Assembly: GCA_963719515.1 (NCBI GenBank) | Contig: CAVRCJ010000003.1 | Location: forward strand, 224,001 to 288,000 | DNA length: 64,000 nucleotides | Direction: 5' to 3' | Origin: an uncultured cyanobacterium | Lineage (GTDB): Bacteria > Cyanobacteriota > Cyanobacteriia > CAKZMO01 | In this document: piece by piece, positions 9,929-20,415 of the stretch | How positions within the stretch are numbered: the stretch's first letter is position 1 | How the letters are laid out: the number at the start of each line of letters is the position of its first letter | The notes under the pieces: generated by a model | What the model saw: only the letters and a program-made list of their open reading frames with translations | What the model was told of the DNA's origin: nothing | The model's database searches: none | Made by a program: the position numbers and the translations under genes

Positions 9929-10426
9929 TCAGGCCGCCTGAGGCAGAGACTCGCCTCCCCGAGGCTTTCCCCAGTCTCTTCTGGCTGTAGCCTGCTCAAT
10001 CACCCGCTGCAGCCGAGGAATCTCGCCGCTGTTGTAAACCCGAAACTCGCCTTCTAGGGTGGCGTTAGTTTTTCGCACCGCTTGGTTAAGGACTAGGGAG
10101 CCTTGGGGATCGGAAACGGAGCGATGAAACGTGCCGGGTGGAATCCTCAGAATGTCGCCGTTAGCTTCAAGGCGCACCACGTGAAACGGCACGCGCCAGG
10201 ATAGGTTCACCAGACAAAACGTCCGCCCCCCGCTCAGCGCCAGCAGGTTGTCCTCCTGTCGGGGGTGGAGGTAGAACTGCCAGTTGTTGCGGGCGTCGTT
10301 GTTGGGGCTGACGGCGGGACCGTCGTGAGACACTAGATCGCGGGCGTTGGAGGTGTTGATGGTGATATCAAAGAACTTGACGCCCGGCGTGTCGCGAAAC
10401 TTCTGATAGGAGATGAGTTCAAACAT
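9929..10426 (-). CDS. RmlC-like cupin protein of unknown function
   Basis: Cupin-like motifs YLHPRQED and LRIPPGTFH. Confidence 0.65.
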   Translation of the reverse strand: MFELISYQKFRDTPGVKFFDITINTSNARDLVSHDGPAVSPNNDARNNWQFYLHPRQEDNLLALSGGRTFCLVNLSWRVPFHVVRLEANGDILRIPPGTFHRSVSDPQGSLVLNQAVRKTNATLEGEFRVYNSGEIPRLQRVIEQATARRDWGKPRGGESLPQAA

Positions 10427-10761
10427 GGGAATTTCAGGGGGTTGCTAACGGCGTAAGCGAAAATTAGCCATCGGACAGCGCAGAGCTTGTGAATAGAGAG
10501 CAGGTGGCAGTCTGACCTTGAGATCTATTCGCAACCGAGATAGGTGAATCCGCGCAGACTTCACGGTTAAAGTCTGTCAGTCGCCAGTGGTATCAGCCAA
10601 AAAATTGAGGGCTAGCTCAGGGCAATAGAAGGAGACCTGCGATAAAAGGCGCTAGGCCTAAGGTGGGCGGTTCACGAGCGAAAGCGCTAGTCTTTCCTTA
10701 AGTTCGCTTATCAATACGCTAACAAGCAGCTCCCAATGAGATCAAAACAGTTCGCGACTTA

Positions 10762-10786
10762 TATCTATGCGATCTGCGCATAGATA
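10762..10786. promoter_or_regulatory. LysR recognition site TATCTATGCG-N5-CGCATAGATA
   Basis: Perfect 10-bp inverted arms containing T-N11-A (T10768 to A10780), ending 6 nt before the LysR ATG. Confidence 0.7.
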
Positions 10787-10792
10787 AACGTA

Positions 10793-11677
10793 ATGAACAT
10801 TTTACATTTCCAGATTCTGGCGGCGATTGTCGAGCACGGCAGCTTCTCCGGCGCGGCGGTTCACCTCGATTTGTCTCAGTCTGCCGCAAGTCGGGCGATC
10901 GCCGCCCTTGAAGATGAACTCGGGGTGACGCTGCTCGTGCGCGGGCGCTTCGGTGCGCGGCTAACGCCCGTAGGGGAAAGGGTGATGAGCCACGCCCATC
11001 AGATCCTGCAGGGGCAGGAGCTCATTGAGGCTGAGGTGAACCTGCACAAAGGACTCAACAGCGGACACCTGCGCATTGCCTCATTTCGCAGCGCCGCCAC
11101 CCACGTTTTGCCGCCGGTCATTGCCCAGTTTCGTCAGCGGTTTCCCGGCGTAGATATCTCCTTAGATGAGCTTGATCCGCTGGGGGTGGAGCGGGTGCTA
11201 CGGTCGGGTGCTGCCGATATCGGCATGCTGCCGCTCCCCCGCTCGGAGGAATTTGAGACCTGGGAGGTAGAGCGGGATGAATACGTCGTGCTGCTGCCTA
11301 GCCAGGTGTCTCTCCCAGAGCAGCTGAGCTGGGAGTACCTGTCGCTTCACGAGTTCATCTTATATAACTACGCCGAATGCACCTCGGCGGTGCGCAAGCA
11401 CTGGGCGCACTGGGACCAGGTCCTCAACATCGCCTACGAAATTAAAGAAGACTCCACCATCGTCAGCATGGTGGCTCAAGGTCTAGGGGCCGCCATTTTG
11501 CCCCGGCTGACGGCGCTTCCCATTCCGCCGACGGTGCAGGTGCGATCGCTCCCCGTTCCCCTAGAGCGCGTGGTAGGGGCCGCCATTGTGGCCAACTCCC
11601 TACAGCCGCCCACTACCTTCGTGTTTTTAGACTTACTGCGGGGCCAGAGCGTATTTAAGCGCGATCGCACCGGATAA
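10793..11677 (+). CDS. LysR-family transcriptional regulator
   Basis: HTH GSFSGAAVHLDLSQSAASRAIAALEDELG; substrate domain with FRQRFPGV and VAQGLG. Confidence 0.95.
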   Translation: MNILHFQILAAIVEHGSFSGAAVHLDLSQSAASRAIAALEDELGVTLLVRGRFGARLTPVGERVMSHAHQILQGQELIEAEVNLHKGLNSGHLRIASFRSAATHVLPPVIAQFRQRFPGVDISLDELDPLGVERVLRSGAADIGMLPLPRSEEFETWEVERDEYVVLLPSQVSLPEQLSWEYLSLHEFILYNYAECTSAVRKHWAHWDQVLNIAYEIKEDSTIVSMVAQGLGAAILPRLTALPIPPTVQVRSLPVPLERVVGAAIVANSLQPPTTFVFLDLLRGQSVFKRDRTG

Positions 11678-11699
11678 TAGGGCCATCGCGCTCAAGGTA

Positions 11700-13232
11700 T
11701 TGGCAATGCACAAGCGGACCCTCCCCGTCGGGACTGTTGGCCTCGTTGCCGGGGCCATCTTTGTGGGCCTGCTGCTGCGGGTTGTAGGCCTAGCAGACAA
11801 CGTCTACTGGGTGGATGAGGTCCACACGGCGCTGCGGCTGGCGGGCTACACCAAAGAAACCGTCGTCCCCCTGCTTACTCAGCCCACTACCGCCGGTGAG
11901 CTGACGCCGTTTCAGGGCACCGCCGCCGCCCTTCCCGACACCCTGCGGGCTCTGGCCCAGCACCCCGAGCACCCGCCGCTCTATTACCTTATGGCCTGGG
12001 GTACCCTGGCGCTGGGCCGCTCGGCCTTGGGCTTTGTCGGCGGACTGCGAGGAGTGAGCGTCTTTTGGGGGCTGTGGGCGCTGCCCGCCACCTACTGGCT
12101 GTGCTGGGAGCTCTGGCGATCGCCTCGGGTGAGCGCCCTAGCGCTGGCGCTGGTGACCCTGTCGCCGCTGCATGTGCTCTACGCCCAGGAAGCACGGGAG
12201 TATAGCCTGTGGACGAGCATGATTTTGTTCTCCAGTGCGGTCCTGCTGCGATCGCTGCGGCGGGGGGGCGGGGGGAGGTGGGCCGTGTACGGCATAACGG
12301 TGGTGCTAGGTCTCTACAGCCATCTGCTGTTTGGCGTGGTGATGCTGGCCCACGGCAGCTATGTCTTGATCACGACCCGGTCTAAACCTGGGCGGTGCGG
12401 GGCCTATGTCCTAGCCACAGCGCTGGCGATCGCCGCTTTTTTGCCCTGGGTTTGGGTGGGGCTGCAGCGGCTGGGGCAGATGAGCGCCGTGGCCGACGCG
12501 GTGCAGCGGGACACCTCGCTGGGCTACTTGATCAACGTCTGGAGCCGCAATCTCAACCGCGTATTTTTTAATGGCGACTGGGGCACCGCCAATTTGCTGA
12601 TTTTGGGGCTAGCGCTCTACGGCCTCTACTTTCTCTGGCACTCATCGCCCCGTCCCGCCAGCGCCCTATTTGTTGGCCTGCTGGTCGCTATTCCGGCCTT
12701 GACCCTGCTGGTGCCTGACCTAGTTTTGGGCGGCATTCGCTCCACCCGCATCCGCTACCTGATTCCGGTCTACCTAGGGGTGCAGCTGGCGATCGCCCAC
12801 CTGTTTGTGGGGCAGCTGCAGCGGCGGCGGAGCTGGGCAAAGCAGATCTGGGGGTTGGGTCTTGCCGCTATTTTGCTGGGGAGCGGCGGGGCGAGTTTGG
12901 CCAGCACCCAAACGCCTCTAAGCTGGGCCAAAAGCGATAAATCGGCCTACTACCCCGCTATGGCAGAGGCCATCAACGCCAGCGAGGCCCCTTGGGTGAT
13001 CAGCGATTCCTCTGTGACCTACCTGCTAGCTCTGGCGCGATTGCTCAAGCCGACGACAACGCTGCAGCTTGTAGAGGCCTCTAATCTGGGGTCGCAGCTA
13101 GGACCAACGGTCTTTTTGTTTGACCCCTCCCCTCCGCTAAAACGCGCGATTCGACGTCGCTATGGGCCGCTGCAGCTGCGGGTAGAGCAAAATTCTGGCT
13201 TTCAGCTGTGGCAGCTGAGGCCAAGCCAGTGA
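11700..13232 (+). CDS. GT-C (GT39/PMT-like) membrane glycosyltransferase
   Basis: YWVDE, EHPPLYY, YAQEAREYS and RYLIP motifs; many TM helices. Start is TTG 11700 or ATG 11706. Confidence 0.8.
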   Translation: MAMHKRTLPVGTVGLVAGAIFVGLLLRVVGLADNVYWVDEVHTALRLAGYTKETVVPLLTQPTTAGELTPFQGTAAALPDTLRALAQHPEHPPLYYLMAWGTLALGRSALGFVGGLRGVSVFWGLWALPATYWLCWELWRSPRVSALALALVTLSPLHVLYAQEAREYSLWTSMILFSSAVLLRSLRRGGGGRWAVYGITVVLGLYSHLLFGVVMLAHGSYVLITTRSKPGRCGAYVLATALAIAAFLPWVWVGLQRLGQMSAVADAVQRDTSLGYLINVWSRNLNRVFFNGDWGTANLLILGLALYGLYFLWHSSPRPASALFVGLLVAIPALTLLVPDLVLGGIRSTRIRYLIPVYLGVQLAIAHLFVGQLQRRRSWAKQIWGLGLAAILLGSGGASLASTQTPLSWAKSDKSAYYPAMAEAINASEAPWVISDSSVTYLLALARLLKPTTTLQLVEASNLGSQLGPTVFLFDPSPPLKRAIRRRYGPLQLRVEQNSGFQLWQLRPSQ

Positions 13233-13238
13233 CGCGAA

Positions 13239-15437
13239 CTAGGGTGATGGATTAGAGGTGTTGGATTCTGGCGCTGGCGCGGAGCCCGATTCGGGCCGCT
13301 CAGGCTGAGCTGGGGCGTTGGGCGGTGTCCCGTTGGAGCCCGCTTCGGGGGAAGCGGCGTTGGCGGGGTTATCAGCAGGATTTGCGTCGGGTGACTTCGT
13401 GTCGGGTGAGGCTGCATCTGACGGAGTTGCATCGGAGGCGGACTCATCAGGGGATTCTGCATCGGGTGACGCTTCCGGCGACGCTTGCCGCCGTGGTCTA
13501 CTCGGGGGCTCTGGCGGCGCGGGCTGGGTGACCACGTCGGCAGAAATATTGAGCTGGTAAGAAATGGTGTCCGACGCCGTTGAAATGACAACCACCTCGT
13601 AAGCGCCGGTCTGGGGCAATCGGCCTGACCAGGTGACATTCCGAGACCCCTCTAGCAGCGCGGGCTGCTCGGCGGTGGGGCTGGGGAGGTAAACCGACAG
13701 CCGCGTCTTTCCCTGCGGTGCCTCTAGGTTGAGGCGTAGAAACTGTCCGGCGGAGAGCTCCATGACGTAGATTTGGCCTGACCCAGGAGCCAGTAAACCG
13801 CTTACCCGCTGCCGGTAGTCTCCGTCAGCAAAGCTTAGGGTCGACAGGGTTTCACCCGAGCGCAGGGCTGCCAGCTGGTCCAACGCTATGCCGTACCACA
13901 CCTGACCGATGGGCTGCTCAAAGATGGCCTCACCGCGCTGCTTGGGAAAAAGCTGAAAAAATTTGGCGTCAGTGAGGTCGTCCAGCGCTCGTCGACCCAC
14001 CAGCAGCTCGTTGACGGCTTGGGTCCAGCGGTCAAGATCAGCCGGGATAAAGCGGCCTAGCCCTTGCCTTGCCTGGGGGCTCAGATGAACTTCAAATAGG
14101 GTGAGCCACTCCGCGGCGATCGCATCCCAGCGAGCGCGCCACTCCGCATCTTCCGGCCCGTCGGTCAAGGCACGACCCCGCTGTTGGGGGTAGCGCTCGT
14201 AGAAGGTGCTGTCGGTTAGCTTGATCAAGTAGCTGCTATCGACGCCTAGATTAGCCTGTCGAGTTCGCAGGTCATCCCGCCGCGTTTCCTCGCGACTGGC
14301 CGAGTTGCCCGACTGGAGAATGCCCTCTGGCAACAGGCGATAGCCCGCCCAGCTGCCCAAAACCGCGATCCCCAGGGCTAGGCCAGCAATGATCAGGCCG
14401 CGGTTTGGGCTAGACGACGGCGCTGCCGGCGGAGACGCCGCCGTAGAAGAGAAGCTAGGCCGAGCGATGGAGGCCTCTGAAGCCGCAGTTCTGCGATGGT
14501 AGCGAACGGCGCTATCGGCCTCACGGCTAAGGGCAACGCGCACCTGCTTTGCCGTCTGGAAGCGATCGCGGGGATTGTCCGCCAGCATCTTTTCAAGGAT
14601 GACCGCCAGCCGAGGGGCAACGCTCACGTGCTGAAGCCAGGCGCTAGAAGATTTAGAGCCGAGCAGGGTGTGGGCCGGCTGCCCGGTGAGCAGCACCAGC
14701 GCCGTAGCGGCGAGGGCATAGAGATCGCTATGGGGATAGGTCTGCCCATGCTGGATTTGTTCGTAGGGGGCAAAGCCCACTTTCCCCACCAGCGTGACCG
14801 GGGTCGGGTTGGCCACGGCGGTGACCACCTGCTTGACGCCGCCAAAGTCAATCAAGATCGGGAGTCCATCCAACGCCCGCATCATCAGATTATCGGGCGA
14901 AATATCCCGGTGGATGACGTTGACGCTGTGGATATATTCCAGCACGGGCAGCACGTCTAGGAGAAACTGATGGACTTCCTCTTCTGTAAAGGTCTGCCCC
15001 TGCTGCTGCCGCTGGTCAAGCAGCGTCTGGTAGGTGCGACCATCCACATAGTCCTGCACTAAAAACAGGCGCTCGCGCCGCTCAAAGTTGGCCCGCAGCA
15101 GTTCTCTAAAGGTGGGAATCTGGGGGTGCTGCAGCTGATACAGCACGCCAGCCTCGCGCTCAAACAGCGTCTCGGCCTTTTGTAGCGCCTCGTCTCCTTC
15201 GACGTAGGGCGCAAATTCTTTGAGCACGCACAGCTCATTGAAGCGGTAGGTATCCTCTGCCAGGTAGGTGCGGCCAAACCCGCCCTCACCGAGCTGATAC
15301 TGGAGCCGATAGCGCGAGCCGATCAGCGATTCTGGCGCAGGAGAGACCCCTTGCGCCGCCGGTAGCGGCGTGCCGCAGGCGGAGCAAAACTGACTATGGT
15401 CGGGGTTGGCGTGGCCTTTTGAGCAATATTGGGACAT
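13239..15437 (-). CDS. Hanks-type Ser/Thr protein kinase with N-terminal zinc ribbon, TM helix and extracytoplasmic domain
   Basis: CSKGH..FCSACG; GEGGFG, VLKE, HRDISPDN, DFG and APYEQ; Pro/Ser-rich tail. Confidence 0.92.
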   Translation of the reverse strand: MSQYCSKGHANPDHSQFCSACGTPLPAAQGVSPAPESLIGSRYRLQYQLGEGGFGRTYLAEDTYRFNELCVLKEFAPYVEGDEALQKAETLFEREAGVLYQLQHPQIPTFRELLRANFERRERLFLVQDYVDGRTYQTLLDQRQQQGQTFTEEEVHQFLLDVLPVLEYIHSVNVIHRDISPDNLMMRALDGLPILIDFGGVKQVVTAVANPTPVTLVGKVGFAPYEQIQHGQTYPHSDLYALAATALVLLTGQPAHTLLGSKSSSAWLQHVSVAPRLAVILEKMLADNPRDRFQTAKQVRVALSREADSAVRYHRRTAASEASIARPSFSSTAASPPAAPSSSPNRGLIIAGLALGIAVLGSWAGYRLLPEGILQSGNSASREETRRDDLRTRQANLGVDSSYLIKLTDSTFYERYPQQRGRALTDGPEDAEWRARWDAIAAEWLTLFEVHLSPQARQGLGRFIPADLDRWTQAVNELLVGRRALDDLTDAKFFQLFPKQRGEAIFEQPIGQVWYGIALDQLAALRSGETLSTLSFADGDYRQRVSGLLAPGSGQIYVMELSAGQFLRLNLEAPQGKTRLSVYLPSPTAEQPALLEGSRNVTWSGRLPQTGAYEVVVISTASDTISYQLNISADVVTQPAPPEPPSRPRRQASPEASPDAESPDESASDATPSDAASPDTKSPDANPADNPANAASPEAGSNGTPPNAPAQPERPESGSAPAPESNTSNPSP

Positions 15438-15513
15438 ATGCTGCAGAAACCAGAACGATCAACAGAAGAGCGTAGGGTGAGAGGCACAGAGCAAAAGTGC
15501 AGCGGGGGAGCCG

Positions 15514-16317
15514 TCAATCGGCAGCCCCCAGAGGATGCTTGGCGGGAACGCCGACGTCGCGGGGAAAGTGATCCGGCGTCAGGGCAGTTTTGTGGAGCAT
15601 AATGCAGTGGCGATCGCTCTGGGTAAGCGGCGTCGTGAACTGATCCACCTGCTGAATTTTACCCCCTAGCTGCTGCACCACTGGCGTGAGCTGAGCCGTT
15701 TCCTCAGATGACCATTGCCCTCTATAGAGGATGGCGCTGCCCCCTATCTTCAGCAGCGGTAGGGCATATTCCGCGCAGACGGCTGCTGGGGCCACCGCCC
15801 GAACTAACGCCAGGTCGTAGCGCTCGCGGTGCTGCGGCAGCTGCCCTACGGCCTCCGCCCGAGCAGCTAGGGGAACGGCATTGGTGAGGGCGAGATAGGA
15901 CAGTGCCTCACCCACAAAGGCAATCTTCTTTTTGGTGGAGTCCAGCAGGGTTACCGTCCAGTCAGGGCAGGCAATGGCGACAGGAAGTCCGGGAAACCCT
16001 GCCCCGCTGCCGATGTCAATCACCTGCCACGGACTAGACCGTAGTTCAGAGGTAAGGAAGGGCTGAACGCCTTTCAGGGAGTCCCACAGGTGCTTCTCCC
16101 AAAAGTCGTCGGGGGTGGTCACGCGGGTCAGGTTCATCCGCTGGTTGCCGAGCAGCACCGCTTCGTACAGCCGCTGAAAGCAACGCTGCTGCTCCGGGGT
16201 AGGAGACCAGCTTAAATCAGGCCATTGGATCGAGAGTTCGGGGCCAGCGGGTGGATTGAAAGGAGGAGCTGAGGACATACGGGTAGGTAGCGCATTAAGC
16301 GGGGCGTTTGAGGGCAC
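15514..16317 (-). CDS. rsmG: 16S rRNA m7G527 methyltransferase
   Basis: MNLT, KHLWDS, DIGSGAGFPG, RAE and RAVA motifs. Start is uncertain (16317 or 16278). Confidence 0.93.
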   Translation of the reverse strand: MPSNAPLNALPTRMSSAPPFNPPAGPELSIQWPDLSWSPTPEQQRCFQRLYEAVLLGNQRMNLTRVTTPDDFWEKHLWDSLKGVQPFLTSELRSSPWQVIDIGSGAGFPGLPVAIACPDWTVTLLDSTKKKIAFVGEALSYLALTNAVPLAARAEAVGQLPQHRERYDLALVRAVAPAAVCAEYALPLLKIGGSAILYRGQWSSEETAQLTPVVQQLGGKIQQVDQFTTPLTQSDRHCIMLHKTALTPDHFPRDVGVPAKHPLGAAD

Positions 16318-16960
16318 GTCGAAGGGAATCGAGGTCGGCGGCGGTAAGCTGCCCGTGGTTGAGCGTCCAAGCGCGATCGGCGATAGAGATCAGCTCGGCG
16401 GCATCGTGAGTCACCACCAGCAAGCTCCACTGCTGCTTGAGCTTGGTCAGCAGCTGCACGAGCTGTCGGCGCATTGACCAATCTAGCCCAGCAGTGGGTT
16501 CGTCTAGCAGCAGCAGACAGGGCTGGCGCACCAGCTGCACCGCCAACGATAGACGCCGCTGCTGGCCGCCGCTGAGAGATTGGGGCGGGGTGTCTAAGGG
16601 CAGGTGTCCTAGCCCCACTGACGTTAGCACAGCGGAGATTTTGTCATTGTCGAGCTCGGGGTGACCCAGCCGCAGCTCGTGGAGAACGGTGCTGCCGCAA
16701 AAAAAGCGCTCTGGGAACTGAAACACGAGCCCTCCCAGCTGCTGCAGCTCGTCATTTGACAGCTTCTGTTTACGCCAGCAGACGGTGCCCGAGGTTGGCG
16801 AGGCAAGTCCGGCCAAAATCTCCAGCAGCGTACTTTTCCCAGACCCACTGGGACCAACCACCAACCCTAGCTGCTGGGGCGAGAGTTCGAGGTTGACATC
16901 CCGTAAAATCGGCTCTGAAGCAACCGCCGGGTGGTAGACCAAATTGTTGATGTAGAGCAT
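16295..16960 (-). CDS. ABC transporter ATP-binding protein (ECF/CbiO-like)
   Basis: Walker A GPSGSGKS, VFQFPER, LSGGQQRR and LLLDEPTAGLD. Confidence 0.9.
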   Translation of the reverse strand: MLYINNLVYHPAVASEPILRDVNLELSPQQLGLVVGPSGSGKSTLLEILAGLASPTSGTVCWRKQKLSNDELQQLGGLVFQFPERFFCGSTVLHELRLGHPELDNDKISAVLTSVGLGHLPLDTPPQSLSGGQQRRLSLAVQLVRQPCLLLLDEPTAGLDWSMRRQLVQLLTKLKQQWSLLVVTHDAAELISIADRAWTLNHGQLTAADLDSLRRALKRPA

Positions 16961-17251
16961 GGATTAAGCAGCCGCTAGGGGGGCATTCGGTCAAGGAGAC
17001 AACTCTCCTCAGCCTACACAACTTATCTCCCTCTCGACCTGAATAGAGGCGAGCAGCCTGTTTGGCGCTGTTCGCTGCGGGAAATGCTTATCTCTAAGTG
17101 ACCCTCAGGCTGCCCCTAAAGTTGCACCTCGTCTCTCGCCCACCTGCTGTAGCCAATTTGACAAGGTGGCTGAAATGCCCTGTCGTATTTCAGATTCAGA
17201 CCTTAAAATGGGGGCGCAGCAGCGCTGTTCAGCTCGACAAGTAATCTCATT

Positions 17252-18238
17252 ATGCCAATGACTTATCTTACGCCTCGTACCCCAACGTATCGCGCTCGAA
17301 TGTCCTGGCCCCGAAGACTGACGCTAGCCGCAAGCACTCTCTCCTTGGCGATCGCCACCGCTATGCCCGCGATCGCCGACCCGTTTCGCGCTGAGGCCTC
17401 TCGTCAGTTTGACCCGGCGGCAGAAGCCGCGTTTGACGCCATGTTTAAAGCAGGGGACTACCGGCAGGCAGAGCAGCTCTTGCAGAACGCCAGTGAGAGC
17501 GAACCCATTACCCACGCGATGCAGGCGACGTTAGCTTACCTGAGCGAAGACTGGAATGCTTTGGGTCAAGAAGCGGATCAAACTCTTGCGAGCGCCGCGC
17601 AGCTCATGGCACAGGATCCTCTGCGGGGCCACCTCTACACCGCCGTGGGGCACTTCATGCAGGGCGGCCACGCCCTCTCAACCCAGGACGCCGTCAGCGC
17701 CACGCCGCTGGTACTCAACAAGCTGCGGCTGGCCTTTAGCCACTTCGACCAAGCCGCTGAAATCGATGCTAGCGACCCAGAGCTAAACCTAATTCGAGGC
17801 TATGTGGACCTGCTGCTGGCGGTAAATCTACCGTTTTCTAGCCCGGATGAAGCGATCGAAAAATTCAGCAGCTTTGGCGCTCCGCCCTACCTAGTGAGCC
17901 GGGGTTTAGCGATCGCCTACCGCGACCTCAATCGATACGACCAGGCGATCGCCGCTGTAGACCAAGCGCTACAGCAGACCCCCGACAACCCAGACCTGTA
18001 CTACCTCAAAGCGCAAATTCTGCGGCTTCAGGGAGATCTAGAGCCCAGCGTGCAGCTCTTCAACCGTGCCCTGAGGCAACAGGCGCAAATGCCGCCAGAC
18101 CTAGCCGACCAGATCGCCCGCGAGATGTGCCGCGCCCGCCGTGACTTAGAAGGTCAAGGCCCCAACTGCGACAACTGGGTGAGCCGCTGGCGAGAGCGGA
18201 TAGACAGTCGCGCCAGCAGCCAACGCAATCAGAGCTAG
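17252..18238 (+). CDS. Exported TPR protein (Sll0314/Alr1548-like)
   Basis: Signal peptide followed by ADPFR; DPELNLIRGYVDLLLAVNLPF; TPR repeats. Confidence 0.75.
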   Translation: MPMTYLTPRTPTYRARMSWPRRLTLAASTLSLAIATAMPAIADPFRAEASRQFDPAAEAAFDAMFKAGDYRQAEQLLQNASESEPITHAMQATLAYLSEDWNALGQEADQTLASAAQLMAQDPLRGHLYTAVGHFMQGGHALSTQDAVSATPLVLNKLRLAFSHFDQAAEIDASDPELNLIRGYVDLLLAVNLPFSSPDEAIEKFSSFGAPPYLVSRGLAIAYRDLNRYDQAIAAVDQALQQTPDNPDLYYLKAQILRLQGDLEPSVQLFNRALRQQAQMPPDLADQIAREMCRARRDLEGQGPNCDNWVSRWRERIDSRASSQRNQS

Positions 18239-18245
18239 CGCCAGG

Positions 18246-18836
18246 CTAGGGTTCGAGCGAATCGAGGTCGACCTGTGGCATTGTAACCGGCACCGTGGCA
18301 GGGCCGTCTAAGCCGGGAATGAATAGGTCAGCTGCGGAGGAGCTGGCCTGAATGCACTCATTCATAATCCTGCGGGGATCAACCTGTACCGCGTCTTGGA
18401 CGCCGGCCACGCAGGCAGAGAAGCGGGACGGCAGCAGGCTACGGGTGCAGTAGGCCAGCGCATCATTGGAAAACTGTTGGTCAAACGCGCTGTCGACGTC
18501 GACGACGCATTCAGAGAGCTCCTCGGGACGCCGCACCCGCAGACAGGCTCCTAGCGCGGCGTCGGCAATGATTGAGGTGTCACCTTGGATGCCGGTGACG
18601 CAGTTGGCCACCTGATCGGGGTTGAAGGCCGACGCGCATACGTCAACGGCCTGGGCGGCCTCAATGCCCGAGTCCTGTAGGTCACTGGCGCAGTCGCTAT
18701 AGTCGCCAGCGCTGATAGAGTCTTCTGGATTAATCAAGCCAGCCGGATCAAAACCGGCTAGAGCCACCGGGCTGATGATGCCTTGGCCTAAGACCCCTAC
18801 GGCGGCGATCGCGCCAGCAAAAGCAAAGCGTTGCAT
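18246..18836 (-). CDS. Secreted cysteine-repeat hypothetical protein
   Basis: Signal peptide; eight Cys including three C-x11-C units spaced about 33 aa apart. Confidence 0.7.
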   Translation of the reverse strand: MQRFAFAGAIAAVGVLGQGIISPVALAGFDPAGLINPEDSISAGDYSDCASDLQDSGIEAAQAVDVCASAFNPDQVANCVTGIQGDTSIIADAALGACLRVRRPEELSECVVDVDSAFDQQFSNDALAYCTRSLLPSRFSACVAGVQDAVQVDPRRIMNECIQASSSAADLFIPGLDGPATVPVTMPQVDLDSLEP

Positions 18837-18941
18837 AATTCATTCCTGTAGAGCGATGTCTATACCTAATCCTGACACGCCAAGCGTTATCCTGACGCTT
18901 TTAAAAATGCCGCGATTGTCCTGCAGGACTAGGCACGAGGG

Positions 18942-20216
18942 CTAGAGCCCCAGCAGCCAAAAAATCGGCAAAACGGCAGCGGCCAGCAGCACCGCTGACA
19001 GCGCCGCCGCCTTTGTCTCAGGCAAATTGGCAATCTGACTACAGCTGCTGTAAAGGATGAGCACGGTGTAGCTCGCGGCGATCGCCAGCAGACTTACAAA
19101 TAAAGGCAGCGGCAGCCCCAGCGCTAGAACAACGACGCTAGCGGGCAGTAGCGCGACCCCGGCGGTAAAGATGTCCCCCGCCAGACTGCTGTAGCCCCCC
19201 AGCAGCCAGCGCCCGAGACGAGTTGTCAAGGCCACGCTCGCCAGCGGCAATAGCCCTATTGCGGCCTGCAGCAGCCAGGGTGTGGAGGTCAGAAGACTCA
19301 GCTTGAACCCCAAGCACAGCGCCAACACCCCTCCGAAGACTAACCCCACGGCGATCGCCCGCTGATTGCCTAGCCGCACGAAGGTGGGCAGCAGCCCCCC
19401 GACGGGGTTGGCGCTGCGGCGCACCACCAAAAACGCATCTCGCAAAGGGAGTGAGGGGTCGGCCCGCGCGACGCGCAGCACGAACCACCCGTCTACTTTC
19501 TTGAGGGCAGCCTGCGCCGCACGGGTGTTGCGCTCGTCTCCCTGCTGCGTGAAGGATTTGACGGCCTGCCGTAGGTCCACCGAAGCCGCGCGGCGATCGC
19601 CTAGGTCGGCGTAGGCCAGTCCGCGGCGATAGTAAGCTTTGGCGTAGCCTGCATCTAGCTCTAGGGCGTTGGTGAAGTCTCGAATAGCGGCTTCTGTGTC
19701 CCCCAGATCAAATCGGGTCAGTCCGCGATAGAAATGCACCGGAGCTAGGTGGAGGTTGAGCTGTAGCGCTGCGCCATAGTCGGCCAGCGCCGCCGGATAG
19801 TTGTGCAGGTTGTAGTAGGCGAAGCCCCGCTGGGCGTAGGCATCGATGTAGCCTGGGTCAAGGCTCAGGGCCTGGGAGTAGATGACGACGGCATCTCGAT
19901 AGTGGCCTTTTTGCGCCTGAGAAAGGCCCCGCCGATAAAGCTCTAGCGCCTCGTAGGCGGCGTCCTCGAAGTCGGCGGCGTCGTTGATGGGGACGCGCTC
20001 TGACGCATCAATCATGCGATTGTAGCGATCGCGCTCTACGGGGTCCAGCAACACCTGGTAGATGGACGTCAGCCGATGAAAAACCTCTACGGCGTCTTCG
20101 TCTGGGTTGACATCTGGGTGATATTGACGCGCCAACCGCCGGTAGGCTCTTTTAATATCGACCAGGTCTGCGTCTGGGTGAACCCCAAGAACGTCGTAGT
20201 AAGTTTGCGTCACCAC
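18942..20216 (-). CDS. DnaJ-domain + TPR + membrane-anchor protein
   Basis: J-domain TYYDVLGV..YHPD, four TPR-like units and a hydrophobic C-terminus. GTG start after GGAG preferred over the track start at 20318. Confidence 0.85.
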   Translation of the reverse strand: MVTQTYYDVLGVHPDADLVDIKRAYRRLARQYHPDVNPDEDAVEVFHRLTSIYQVLLDPVERDRYNRMIDASERVPINDAADFEDAAYEALELYRRGLSQAQKGHYRDAVVIYSQALSLDPGYIDAYAQRGFAYYNLHNYPAALADYGAALQLNLHLAPVHFYRGLTRFDLGDTEAAIRDFTNALELDAGYAKAYYRRGLAYADLGDRRAASVDLRQAVKSFTQQGDERNTRAAQAALKKVDGWFVLRVARADPSLPLRDAFLVVRRSANPVGGLLPTFVRLGNQRAIAVGLVFGGVLALCLGFKLSLLTSTPWLLQAAIGLLPLASVALTTRLGRWLLGGYSSLAGDIFTAGVALLPASVVVLALGLPLPLFVSLLAIAASYTVLILYSSCSQIANLPETKAAALSAVLLAAAVLPIFWLLGL

Positions 20217-20415
20217 CGCACTGCTCCACAGGTTAGATAAGCGTTCATCGCCCTGCGCTGCTCTCGAAAGACCTTTCATCCCTGACAAAGTATCTTTCTG
20301 GCAAGGCCCGTTCCGCAATCACTGCTTCGTACTACATCTCAATAGAGTCGCTATCTGGGCATATTTGACGCCGAGCGACCCTAACCTAGCGCTGGCGGCT
20401 CCTAACTTGGGCATT

